Part shown: positions 27,361 through 39,195 of the stretch, in pieces | Layout of the letters: every line of letters begins with the position of its first letter | How positions within the stretch are numbered: position 1 is the first letter of the stretch | Origin: Aplysia californica | Taxonomy: Eukaryota | Length of the DNA: 59,563 nt | Reading direction: 5' to 3' | NCBI RefSeq assembly: GCF_000002075.1 | Contig: NW_004797308.1 | Location: 460,606 to 520,168, forward strand | Program-made: the position numbers and the translations under genes | The notes under the pieces: model-generated | The model's database searches: none | The model's input: the letters and a program-made list of their open reading frames with translations, nothing else | What the model was told of the DNA's origin: nothing

Positions 27361-27634
27361 CGGTGCTTTTTCGGTAGTTCCCACCCCCCTTATTTGAGCC
27401 TGACCTACATCTAGATCTAGATCTATACATGTTTGATTCGCGGTGAGCTAAGTTATCAAACCTAACAACTGCAAAACATTAAATTATGGTAAAATTCAGG
27501 GGGGCATGCCCCCCCTGAAACCCCCCTTCCTATTTTTATTAGGTCAGGGGGGCAACCCCCCCTGAAATCCCCCTACTCTTGTGGCCCAAACCCGTGAATA
27601 AAATTGCGGGGTGGGAACTACCGAAAAAGCGCCG
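27361..27634. mobile_element. MITE with about 27-bp TIRs and AAAAAT flanking duplication
   Basis: CGGTGCTTTTTCGGTAGTTCCCACCCC is inverted as GGGGTGGGAACTACCGAAAAAGCGCCG. AAAAAT on both sides. Confidence 0.8.
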
Positions 27635-28225
27635 AAAAATCTAGGCCTAGATCTAGATTAGATTTTAGATCTAACAATTGTTTCTGACATTGTTTGCACA
27701 AAAGTAGACACGTCTTATTCATCTCTCATAATCATAATCATCTGAGTTAGAATTTGAGCAAGTTTAAGTTTAAGTCGAAAGACGCTTGGGCTTGGATAAC
27801 AATAACAAGACGGTGCAGCTCGAACTTTAAGCTAGGCCTAGAGAACGTATACAAGCTGTCTACTGTCTACATTCTCTAAGTCTAATGTTCAGTGCTTCCA
27901 AGCGTGGCATCGAATCCCGGTCCCGAAAGTGTTTTTTTTTCCTTCTCCTGAGCTTAAAATTTAAAAAAAAAAAAATTTGACTCACAGACCAAGGAAAGCC
28001 ACTACTGAACTTTAACCAGGCCTAAATTGGTAAAAGGAAAAGTAGGCTATACTAAGGCCTACTTTGTACAGAGCTCCTCTTGGGGACAAAACCAGAATGT
28101 GCATGCTTCATCACTACGTAAAAAAAACAACTACAAAGCAACAAGATATAATTAGATCTATGGGAACAATTTGTTGGTCAGTGGAGAAGAGGACAACAAC
28201 AACAAAAAAACAAAGAAAAAAAACA

Positions 28226-28310
28226 CGTCCGGGACCGGGATCGAACCCACGCTAAAAAAATAATGGTTTGACTTCAAGCGCAGATGCACTGTCACTTCGG
28301 CCATCAGAAC
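28226..28310 (-). pseudogene. tRNA-like relic or SINE head
   Basis: Minus strand GATGGCCGAAGTG (A-box-like) ... GCGTGGGTTCGATCCC (B-box), followed by a T run. No intact cloverleaf; internal T7. Confidence 0.35.
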
Positions 28311-30824
28311 TTCCGATAACGATGTGCAGATTAAGCTTGATATTTTACACAAGGCGACACGGTGTTTTATTTAGCACTGGTGCTAATCGCAACGCAGCGT
28401 TTTATTTAGCACTGGTGCTAATGGCAATGCGATGTTGCAAATAGACACTTCCTAAGTTTATAAGCCTCCTTGATATCTAGTCGGCCTATGTTTGTATTGT
28501 CAGTATTGAGCGACAGCAGAACTTCTGGAAGAGCTAGCAGCGTAGGTCGCAGTCAAACAAAACAAACATAATTATGGTGTGTCCCTGTTAGATTGACTGT
28601 AGTTTCCCGGGGTAGGCCTAGCAAATAAATAAGTCACAAAATATGTATTCTAATGATTTTGCTGGTGAATTTTTAAATACAAAATGATAGATCTGGATTC
28701 AAGTTAGTAAAGCTAGCAGTGTTGAATTACAGAAAACGATAGAATCTAGATAATCTAGATCTAGTTATCAGGAAAATCAGATTATTGAATCATACTGTAT
28801 TTCGCGAATTCAACAAATCTGCTGCGTTACTTTCACGTTTTCATCATTGCAGAATTGTGTCAGCTGTTTCAGGGATGCTGTATGAGACAGCACTTAATTT
28901 CGTTTTAAAGGATCATGAATGTACATATGACATTACACCCCTTTCATCGTTTGCCCTCATCCTTAGTGAGCTTTCTAATAGTTCCAAGGCCTCTGTTGCT
29001 TTTTTTTATTTAGTATGATAATATATAGGCCTATACAGTACAGCTTATTTAGCATATATCGCATGCCCACTATCTTAAGTCTGAACATAGCTTGGCATGT
29101 CCGGACGAACTGTCTCAAAATCTTGTCTGTTGGCTTCCAAGTAATTTTCCTCACAAAATGCGAACATTATATCATTTCTGCAAGAAAACTAATGAATGCT
29201 ACATACTGTGGTGAATGTTGCTGAGGGTTGATTGAACCAGGGAGACAATATAAGTGTGCCAGACGTTTTTGCATAAAATGATACAATTGGCTTATAAATA
29301 AATAGTGGTAAAAGAGTCCTTCTTGCTGTTTTACATATTGAGTCATTAATTGTGATTGCAGTACCTTGGTTTGTGTATAGGAGCAGTTTCGCAATGAAAC
29401 ACAACATTCAATTCTTGGTTTTTTTTGGAAAATGAAGATTTCTGTTCTTCACATATTTATTGAATTAACTTTTAGAGTGATCAGTAAACATGATATAGGC
29501 CTCAGGATTAGTTGATATTTGCTGAATTATGAAATCTATGTTGGACTGTCTCTCTCTCTCTCTCCTTTTCTTTCTCTCTCCTTTTTTCTCTCTCTCCTTT
29601 TCTCTCTCTCACACTCTCGTGGGGGTAGCAGCGCAATTATTGTAACTCTGATTTTTCAAATTTTACGTCAGGAATTTCAATTTAAAAGGTGTTTTATCAA
29701 AATAATCACGCAACTTTGAAGTTTTTACAAGGCATGCGGTCCTTCTTAGTGCCATGGAATATTTTTTAAAAAATTATTTTCACCAAAACCCCGAATTGCA
29801 ATACTTAAACTTCTACTGTACGATATGAGGAGTGGATGGTAAAAACGAGCAGGGTCTCGAATTGGAAATTGTTATGACAAATATTTAAAGAGTAGACTCG
29901 AATAACTTCGTTAAAGTTTGACTGTTGTTGTACTATTTTTGTTAGCTGAATGGGAAATAAAACAGAAAAACAAACCAACCGTCGAGTCTACCATAGAATT
30001 AATTTCTCATGTTTTCCATTTTATGACCAAGCCGGTTTTAGACTTCTCATCTTTTATAATTTAGCATTATATTAATGTGCTCTGCTTATGGTTTAAGTAC
30101 TTTTGAAAATGTGCCAATGTTTTTTTTTTCCTCCTTGAATTTCTGTTTTGGGCAGGATTAACTGGATATTTTGTTAAGAAGTATATTGATTGCGTTTGAG
30201 TTTCCACACTGATAAAAGGGCAGTTGTCTAAGAAACCAACCCAGGGCTGCTGTGTGTGAAAAGGTAATTGAATAAGTTTGTAGCTTGTAAGTATGTGGAT
30301 ATTATTATGGAAGCCCTTCATGTAACTGAAAAAAAAAATTCACATTAATGTGATTGTGTCTTTGATATCTACCATATCATGCTTTTTAAAATCTTGAATT
30401 TAAATGCATAGTTTATTTTTACACATAATTTTTAATAGTCTCCTGTCATATTTACTTTGCTCTTTGTTTTGTGTTACAGTTTCAATTTTAGGGTAAGAAA
30501 TAGTAAAGAAAATAGTTTTGTTTCAAATGTCAAATATGAGTGATTTACTAGGGGTTTTTTTGTTTTTACTGAGTGTGAACCAAGTCAGAGTGAGTTCTGT
30601 TTGTTTTCGAAAAAAAAGTCTAAGTACTTTTTACTAAATTCTTTAGTGAAAACTCGTGAAATGAAGAATCTCCTCAAAAATTTTTATTTTCATTTACTTT
30701 AATAATATGATACTATTTTCTGTTCCTCAGTTACAATTCTTGAGATAAAAGGAGCGGGGAAAAGGCAACAGGAGATCCTCATTACAAGATAAACTAGAGG
30801 TACATCAGCCTGATAGTGACAGCC

Positions 30825-31324
30825 ATGTCGATTGTACAGCACCTGAGAATGTTGAGCCCCTTCAGTGTCTCGGGAGCTCGGTTTATTTCAACCCACGCCG
30901 TGCACCTGATGCAACAAATAGCGAGACGCAAAAACGTGTTGCCTTATTGTGCGGTGGGCATTTTCAAGAGAAATGTGTCTTATTCTCGCTCTCTATGGTA
31001 TGAGACATCTGTTGTAGAGGATACTGAGCGACAGGCACATGCTAATTTGAAATCAGATGCCGAGAAAATGTTCAAATACAGCATCAAGTCGGTGCACCCA
31101 CAGCAGATGATAGAGGGTGTGCTTCACTTCAACCGCGCTACCTCCGTTTTGCGTGTGCAGCAGGAGACGTACCACCTGCATCGAAATGTGTTTGTGGTGG
31201 GCATGGGGAAAGCTGTGCTGGGAATGGCCAAAGCTGTGGAGGATGTGCTTGGGGACCACATAGTCACTGGCATCATCAGTATCCCAAGGGGCTTGCAGGA
31301 GGAGATGATCCACACCAACAACAG
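30825..31324 (+). CDS. GLYCTK: GLYCTK paralog B coding exon 1 (exon starts at 30731 with 5' UTR)
   Basis: GCCATGT start; MSIVQHLRMLS...NVFVVGMGKAVLGMAKAVED. Donor AG|GTATGG; acceptor TTCCTCAG ending 30730. Confidence 0.88.
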
Positions 31325-34300
31325 GTATGGAACCTAGGTGTCTATCAAGAAATATCATACTATTTTCTCTCTAGTGGTGATTATAAAGGGGTCCTCTTGA
31401 TAGAATAGATCAATTATAATTGCAAAAGAAATCTGTTGTGTGAATTTGAGTGGATGCAGATAGAAAGCCTTAATTCTTTGGATCTTTTCCCAATCAAAGA
31501 GTTGACTGTTTGCTGTATGTTTTAGGGGATTTTTTTTACAGATGTGTGTAGTCGTTAAACTCTTATCTTTTGTGTTGTCCTCTCTTTTAGGTCATGTTTG
31601 CAGAACCTGTCTTGTCAGTGAGCCCTTTATTAGATAACTTTTTTAGGAGATTATTTTTAGAAAATAATTTTTAAAAATTTTCGATAAAGTGAAAAGCAGT
31701 AGAATATATTTTTAAGAACCTTGTTTTGATACGGTAATACCATCTCTAATATTTCTAAATCTTTTGTCCACATGTCATGACAAAGTTGTATAGTGTTTTG
31801 AGGCTGTGTCTTTGTCAATTCTAGTTGTGTGTCCAAAATGTGTGAAAGTAGTTCAATTAACATTTTCTTTACTAAAGAAGTCTTGAGGCTTACAGTGCAT
31901 TTTGTTTCTTCAACAGGGAGATGATGCTGTCTCCGAATACTAAGATTTTGGTGTATGAGGGTGCTGACAACAATGAAGTGGATGAAGCCTCTCACAATGC
32001 CAGCAAAGCCATTCTCAGCTTAGTGAACAAGCTCACGGAGAAGGACTTGCTTGTCGTTTTGTGCTCAGGTTATATTTCTTTTTGACTTATTTTAACGTCT
32101 TTTAGATCAAAATGTAAGAGGTTGCTCCATGGTTTTAACTAGCTCCATCCTCTTGTCTCCAAATTTTGTTCAGTTGAAAATGATTATATTTTCTGCTTTT
32201 CTGCCTTTATCAAAAACTAGTATTCTTGCATGAACCACTTCAGTTATTTCCTTTGAGGGTTTTTTTGGTTTTTGTCATACATAGTTTACTAAAACAATCC
32301 ATTAATAATTGAAAGTCAGTTTTGAACAGGAGGTCCAAAGAATCGGACAAGAAACATGCCACAGGATTATTCAAAATTTTCAGTGGTGTACTGGAGCTTT
32401 GTAAAGAGAGAAATGGTGAACACCTGAAGCGTACAATTTTAATAGCTACCTTCTTCCCTGGGTGTATTTGGCAATATCAATTTTGCATAAATTTGTTGTT
32501 CAATGTTAAGATAGCCTCTATTTGAAATAGAACAAGATGGTTGATTTTTAAGAAGTTGCAGAGTTTTGCTGTATTTGATCTTTCATTCTAAAAACTGGTC
32601 TCACCATAAAGAGTATGACCAACTGATAATTTATTTTTTATTTAAAAGGCAATAGCTTGAGGAAAGTGAAGTGTAATTGTAATGTCTGCCTTTTCCGGAA
32701 AGGAAACAGAGATACTCAGTTAAAAACTTTATCACTTTGAAAGTGAACTCATGTCTCTTGTATGCAACAGAGAAGAGCTTTACCAATGTTGCACCATAGA
32801 CACTGATGTGAATATGTAAAAAAAAACAACAACAAAGAACTCATAAAATGTTTTATGGTGTACATTGAGAAAATTAAAGAGTCTTGGATAGGATAAAAGG
32901 TTTTCAGTTAATTTTGTGTATCTGACACATATCCCTCCCTGAATCCCACATAATTGCTTTCCATTGGGTAAACTGGCCTTACAGTAGGCCTGTTCTCATT
33001 AACGGGAGGAGCTACCCTTGAGGACATTTTCTATGTTTGTTGCCCGAGATCAAATCTAAGTACACATATAAGTTAGACATAGTGAAATCTTTTGATACAC
33101 AATTTTATTTTGGCATAGCTACAGCGGTTGCTATGGAAATGGCCACCATCTTGAAAATAAACAATGAATTTTAAATCCCTACGGCTTTCTTATTTACAGA
33201 CCAAATTTGACCAAATTTGGTGATGGTATACCGAAACCAGACCCCATCAGAGTAACGGCTTGTTTTTTTTCAATAAGTGCAAAAGAAAAAAAATATGAGA
33301 ATTTTCCCAAAGTATAAAAAACTTTTTCGAAATGTAGGTTGCATAATCACTTACTAATGGAAAAGTGTGATTTTATTTTGCAAATATCTTTCTGTTACAT
33401 TGATTGCAGCCTTGTTATCTATGTTTCTTGAAAGTTTCATGTCAAAAAGATGAAAACTAAGGAAGGAGTAGGGAAAGAACTGCACCAAAAAAATTCATTT
33501 TTGCTAAAAACGACAATAATTGTGAAAATTCACTGTATTAATCCATCCTCATGTTTTCAAAGGCAATTTACTAGGAGAATAAAGACTTTCTCAATTGTAT
33601 CCATGCTATTTTTGGACAAAAAACCGGGTTGATCTTAAAAAAATCAGCCTACATAAAATGTGCATAGCCTGACCCAAAATCTGCAAACTCAAGGGTCGCC
33701 CCTCCCCTTAAAAGAATTAGTTCCTGTGATTGTATAGATGCCATGTTTTAGTGTCTTTGTGGTAGTGCACATCTGCAATAAATGTACCTTACTGTTATTG
33801 TGAATGGCCCCATAGCTGTACAAAACCAAACTTGTAGGTAATTTTACTGAAGAACAAGTGCTGTGTTCTTGAAATAATTTACATTTCATTATGTGTAACC
33901 CCTTGACTGCTATGCACCTCACATGCTAAGGAAAATTTCAACTGGCGCGAGACACCACTTGTCACAATCTTTAATCAATGATTGTTCGCTTGTTATAAGA
34001 GACAGATCGTAAAACTATGTGAATAGAAAGAGAAACAAAGAGCCAAATTCATCCATTGACAAGACCTGCATAGAACAATCCATAAACCACAGATTTTAGC
34101 CGCCAAACAAAATATGTTTACACAGCACTGGGCGGTGGATTATCGAGTTGTATGAGATACATTTACAGGGTAGTCAAGGGGTTAAGGAGAGCTTTAATTT
34201 CATCAACATCGGTTTTCTCAGGAAGGAAGGGGATGATTCCAAAGTTTTATATTTTATAAGAACATCAGGGTAATTGTTCCTTTTTGTTAGTGTATACTGT

Positions 34301-37300
34301 AGCTCAAATGGTAAGGGACTGAATGTTATATGGCACGAGTCAAAATCCATTTCTGTGTCCAGTTTAATTGATTCTTTTGCCCTCATTTAGTCATCAATGG
34401 ATGTTGATCAAAATGTGTTGTCTTTACAATTTCCAAAATTGTGTTGAAAAGGGCACAAATCACAAACTTAAATGTTCTCTACAGGTGGTGGGTCTACCCT
34501 GTGTCCATCCCCTCCCCCCGCCATCTCACTCCAGGAGCTACTCACTGTCACCCGACTTCTGGCTTGGAACGGGGCCACTGTTCAAGATATGAACACCATA
34601 AGGAAAAATCTGGAAATCCTTAAGGGAGGCGGACTTGCCCTGCAAGCTCGACCTGCTAAGGTAGGCTGGTTCGTTCTTTTGGTATGTAGGGGAACAATAA
34701 CAAATGTCCTGGAAATGAAAGTCCATATTCTGTTTGTTGTTTGAGGTAGACGAATATAAAAATCCAAAGAGTAAACTTTATCAATGGGGAAAGAGCCAGT
34801 ATATTCAGTTGAGGGATATCTGCTATCTGTCTCTTTGCAATACTTTGGAGTTAAGTTTGCCTGTTTTTCACAAAGATATTGAAACATATTTCCTTCTATC
34901 CCATAAACTATAAGTGCACTCTGTTTTAAGCTATGCATTGATTGTCACAAAAGCAAAATCAACACCTGTGAAATGAAATGCCGTAGAAAAACTTTAAACA
35001 TCACAAGAGGAGACTGAATGAGAAATGAAACCATCAGAGAACACGTTGTCTCCACTCCCCACTCACAATACATAGACAAACACTGAAATAACTGGTTTGG
35101 GCAGCTAACAAGACTACCATCAGACAATACAACTGCGAGAGCATACAGGGAAAAATTTGGACGGAAACAGAGGAAGGGGCAGGCCCAGGAAAAGATGGCT
35201 ATAAGGAGTCAGAGAAACATTAGTGAAAAACAATATAACCATGCAACAGGCGATACAACAAACAAGAGAAAGACGTTTGCATCTCCCCTTGATACCGCAA
35301 GGTTATACTGGCTAGTAAAAGTAAAGTAAGTTAAATGTCAAGATTTATTCATGATCTGTTGCCCTTTGTCATGCCTATGGACCCAAGCTCACGCCTGATC
35401 ATGACTTCCATATTATTACTTTTCTGTTCTCTGAACGCATGTCTCAGCGTATTTACGGGTAGATGTAGTCAGTAGACAAATAACAGAAGTTTGGATGCTT
35501 TGTTTTTTGTTTTATTAGGGTGTCATACATAAGAAAGGGGATGAACAGTACAGTGTTTTTTTCTATGTGTATTTCCAATATTAAATTAATTTGCCTTATG
35601 AATGTGAGGTTGGTTGGTGTGTTTTTTTCATGGAATTTATAAAAAATAAGTGAAATTGTCCCTCTAAAATTATTTTGATAGTGTGAATCTATTGTTTCTC
35701 AGTGTTGAAGGCTGGGTATATGATCCAGTTAAAAAGTAAATATACAGTGTAGCACAGATAAGTCGAACACAGAAGACTCGAAATCACGTATCCATTGAAC
35801 TGTGCGTGCGGTCCCGAGTTTTTTCTTCTTTGTCTTTATAAGATAACCTCAGAGGCTGGTCCCGATGAATTCAAGCTATTCGTGTTATTCTGTATGTGGG
35901 TTTTTCTGAGAGTAACTTAGAAGTCCCCATATTAAGCTGGCAGTTGCAGGGATATCATATTGAGCTTGACAGGCATGCTGATGTTTAAGTTTTCAGCCTG
36001 AATACAGACAACATACAACTTGTCCTTTTTTTCTAAATGTCCTCTATGCCCTGAATCATTTTGAGGAATTAAGACCTCTGTATTCACAATTACTAATTTT
36101 GTGTCTGGTTGGGTATTTCATCGCAACTAGAACAAAATTGCATCTCTGTAATTTAGATTCTTTGGTGTTGAATCTGAAAATAACCTTCTATTGTGGGTGG
36201 TTGGCATCTGCTCTAGTGTGGTTTGCTCCTTCTTTCCTATCAAACATCTATTGTTCTTATCTCTCCTCCTTGTGTTTTTTATGCATGTTAACATTCTTGT
36301 AACACCAGTAATCTTTGGCACTTAAATGACTTAATTGTATTGCAAGTGCGGTAAAACGCTTATTAAAACTAACAACTATCTTCTGTTGCAGGTTGTTTCC
36401 CTTATCTTGTCTTCTATCATTGGTGACCCTATTGACCTGATCGCCAGCGGACCCACCTACCCGACACAACCAACTCCGAGTCACTGCCTGGAGATACTGC
36501 AGCGTCTTAACCTTTTGAGCCGCACACCGGAAAGCGTTCGCAGATACCTGGAGAGAGAAGCAAAACAGCAGAACAGAACTACCCAAGACAAGCAAGTCAC
36601 AATGTCAAACAATGGAACACCACAAGTTAGAGAAATATGGAAGGGCTTGCAGAATATTGTTGTAGGCAACAATTCTATTGCCTGTGAGGCGGCCGCAGAG
36701 AAAGCGGCACAGATGGGATATCGTCCGGTCATTCTGACAAAGTTTTTGGTTGGGGAGGCCAGAGAGGTGGGTAAGCTGTATGCCCGACTTGGTGAGTACA
36801 TCATGATGTGCTTTGACCGGAAAGCTTCACAGCAACCAAATACAGAACTAACTCAGTTGGAGCTGGAGTTGGTGGCAGGTGGACTGAGGAAGCAATCAAT
36901 AAACCACATTGCTGATGAAGTTGACACTGCACATAATCTGAACAAAGACATCTGTGTCATTGCTAGCGGGGAAACGGTAGTCCATGTGGAGGGCACCGGA
37001 ACCGGCGGCAAGAACCAGGAGACGGCACTTGCAGCTGCCATACAGATGAAAGAAGCGTTTCGAGGTGAGGAGTGTTTCCAGTCAGAGACGGACATGTGTG
37101 TGCTGAGTTGTGACTCGGATGGCTATGATGGACAGAGTCCTGTGGCTGGTGCTGTGGTGGACCAGGACTTAGTGGACCGGACACTGGAAAGTGGACTCAG
37201 CATGGAGGCGTATTTGGCTAACAACGACAGCAATACGTTCTTCAGCACAGTGAACGAGGGCCAGAATTTGGTGTGGACAAACATAACTGGGACCAACGTA

Positions 37301-37360
37301 ATGGACATGGTCATTTTGCTGGTGAGAAAACCATCGGACAGAAAGTTCAAGTGGAATTGA
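30825..37360 (+). CDS. GLYCTK: Glycerate kinase-like paralog B (class II GLYCTK/MOFRL family), 4 coding exons join(30825-31324,31917-32068,34485-34660,36392-37360), 598 aa, altered active-site motifs
   Basis: GT-AG junctions (phases 2,1,0) give a continuous 1797-nt frame. Closest to paralog A by visual alignment. Confidence 0.9.
31917..32068 (+). CDS. GLYCTK: GLYCTK paralog B coding exon 2 (152 nt; absent from the ORF track)
   Basis: Read directly: EMMLSPNTKILVYEGADNNEVDEASHNASKAILSLVNKLTEKDLLVVLCS. CAACAG acceptor, G|GTTAT donor. Confidence 0.9.
33003..33707. mobile_element. TTAA-flanked MITE (Kolobok-like termini)
   Basis: TTAA|CGGGAGGAGCTACCCTTGAG ... CTCAAGGGTCGCCCCTCCCC|TTAA. Confidence 0.75.
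33899..34181. mobile_element. piggyBac-like MITE
   Basis: GTAA|CCCCTTGACTGC ... GTAGTCAAGGGG|TTAA. Confidence 0.65.
34485..34660 (+). CDS. GLYCTK: GLYCTK paralog B coding exon 3 (176 nt)
   Basis: GGGSTLCPSPP...IRKNLEILKGGGLALQARPAK. CTACAG acceptor, AAG|GTAGG donor. Confidence 0.9.
36193..36373 (+). mobile_element. Copy of the 175-bp ACTAA-tailed retroelement immediately upstream of the paralog B last-exon acceptor
   Basis: GTGGGTGGTTGG...GTGTGGTTTGCTCCTTCTTTCC...TTGCAAGTGCGGTAAAAC..TTATTAAAACTAAC. Confidence 0.8.
36392..37360 (+). CDS. GLYCTK: GLYCTK paralog B last coding exon (MOFRL domain)
   Basis: VVSLILSSIIGDPIDLIASGPT...SGETVV...GGKNQE...CDSDGYDG...TGTNVMD to TGA. Confidence 0.92.
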   Translation, partial: VVSLILSSIIGDPIDLIASGPTYPTQPTPSHCLEILQRLNLLSRTPESVRRYLEREAKQQNRTTQDKQVTMSNNGTPQVREIWKGLQNIVVGNNSIACEAAAEKAAQMGYRPVILTKFLVGEAREVGKLYARLGEYIMMCFDRKASQQPNTELTQLELELVAGGLRKQSINHIADEVDTAHNLNKDICVIASGETVVHVEGTGTGGKNQETALAAAIQMKEAFRGEECFQSETDMCVLSCDSDGYDGQSPVAGAVVDQDLVDRTLESGLSMEAYLANNDSNTFFSTVNEGQNLVWTNITGTNVMDMVILLVRKPSDRKFKWN

Positions 37361-39195
37361 AATATATGCAAAAAGAAAAGAAAAAATACACATGTATGTG
37401 TACTCAAACTCTAATAATACAGAGGCCAATATAAACCAATGATGGGGAACTAGACAGAGAACCTCAAAAAAGTATGGTTGATTGTGCATTAATGCATTTC
37501 GATGGCTGGATTCAAAACTCCAACAAACAACAAATTGCATAATAATAGCATTTGTCGGAGTCTTGGATCAGCCATTGGTTCGAATTAAAGAAAATTCTGT
37601 GAACCAGTGGGGAAGAAGAAGACAAACAGATGGATAAAAAACAGCATAATGTTGTAGGTAACACTGTTGGTCGGAAAATACAAAGTAAATTGCAATAAAA
37701 ACTTTGGAGTATATTTTTTGTACAAGGTATAGTATAGTATGTATATAAATCTGGAAGCAAATATTTTAATAATCTGCACTCACTTTGTGATTTTAAACTA
37801 ATTCCTACCTCTGCTTGCTAATTATACTCAGAGATTTTAATGCAATTGTATTTGAAATTTTGTTTATCTCCTTTGATTATGTTCTTCTGATCTGTTGAAA
37901 GGAGTTTCTATTGATGTTTATCCTATTCATTCCTTCGCTTTATGGAGAAATTGAAGATGAAATTTGCATAAGCTTTCAGAAGCTTCTAACAATATTGTAT
38001 TTATGCTTAGTTTAATGCATCCCTTTTTTGAGGAAGATTCTCGAAATTAAAGCTCAAATGATATATATGCTGATTTAATGTGTGAATGTTTCCTTTTTGG
38101 AACATACTCTTATGTCAATTTATATTTGAATTCATAAAATGTTGCTGTATTTTTGTGTCCTTTGTCTTTCAAAGCAATAGTGAAGTGCACAATCTGAGAA
38201 ACTATTCTCGTAATCCCACATCGATAAGTAAATTCTATGCAGAGCTATGCTTGATATGTATAAATGCTTATTCTCACCCAGATTCGTTCTTTTACTGAAG
38301 CCGGGAAAGAGATTGTGGTCTGTGCTTCTTTTTGCTTGAGAATGTTGCCAACAATAAGAATAGATCCATATTTTCTGATGCTGTTTGGAAGGGAGAACCA
38401 CACTCAGTGGTGGTGTCATTTTATGATTCAGAAAGTTAATATCCTTTACGATTATACTTTTCATACGTCACCACTCACTCTCTATCACAGACGTGGTCTC
38501 AGACCTCTGTGCTGCTCTACTCCTGGTATTTTTACACTTGTACAGATAGATAATGAATACAAAGGCTCATTAACATGGACTGTGACAACACACAAACTGT
38601 CAATGTTGCAGAAGAGAACACATTTGCACACCCTGTTACTTTCCAACATAGGCACACGTTTGTGCACTCTTCGATCCTTGATTGCCCTGTTACAATTTCT
38701 TTATCTCTCAATATCATCTGCAACACCATTAATTGTTGGCAGAAGACAGGAATTGTAACAGCACCTAGTGTATAAAAGCTGTAATGGAGTCGTATGATAT
38801 ATTATCACATGGCAAGTTTGCAGGGGAGTCTGGAAATGACTTGGTCTGTCATTAGCCCCTAAGCAGTGATTAAGTAATGTGCATGCCTAGCAGGGAAGCT
38901 CTGTCTAAGAATGAATAATTCAGTTCAAAGGCAGAGCGATGATACAGCATATTTCACGATTCTGAGAAAAATACGAAAAACTTTTGATGCTTGTTATAAA
39001 GATTAATCACTTAAGTGGTTTTACCACTTTGAAAGCTTCTATTTTGGAATCGGATGTATCATCCTACCTTTAACACAAGAAGGACATAAGCTAGACAAGA
39101 CTAGTGTAACAGTCCAATAAAACTAAAGATTTTGTCAGATACGCCACTCTGCCTTGGGAGGGGAACATTTCATGGCTGTGTCATAACAAGGCTAA

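Noticed and set aside
15352-37360. A and B as haplotype duplicates or pseudogenes
   Set aside because: The proteins are clearly diverged, the introns are not alignable by eye, and both frames and all splice sites are intact.
38264-38758. 164-aa ORF downstream of B (also 4179-4619, 40185-40595 and 58786-59316)
   Set aside because: No recognisable domain, and located in likely UTR or repeat sequence.
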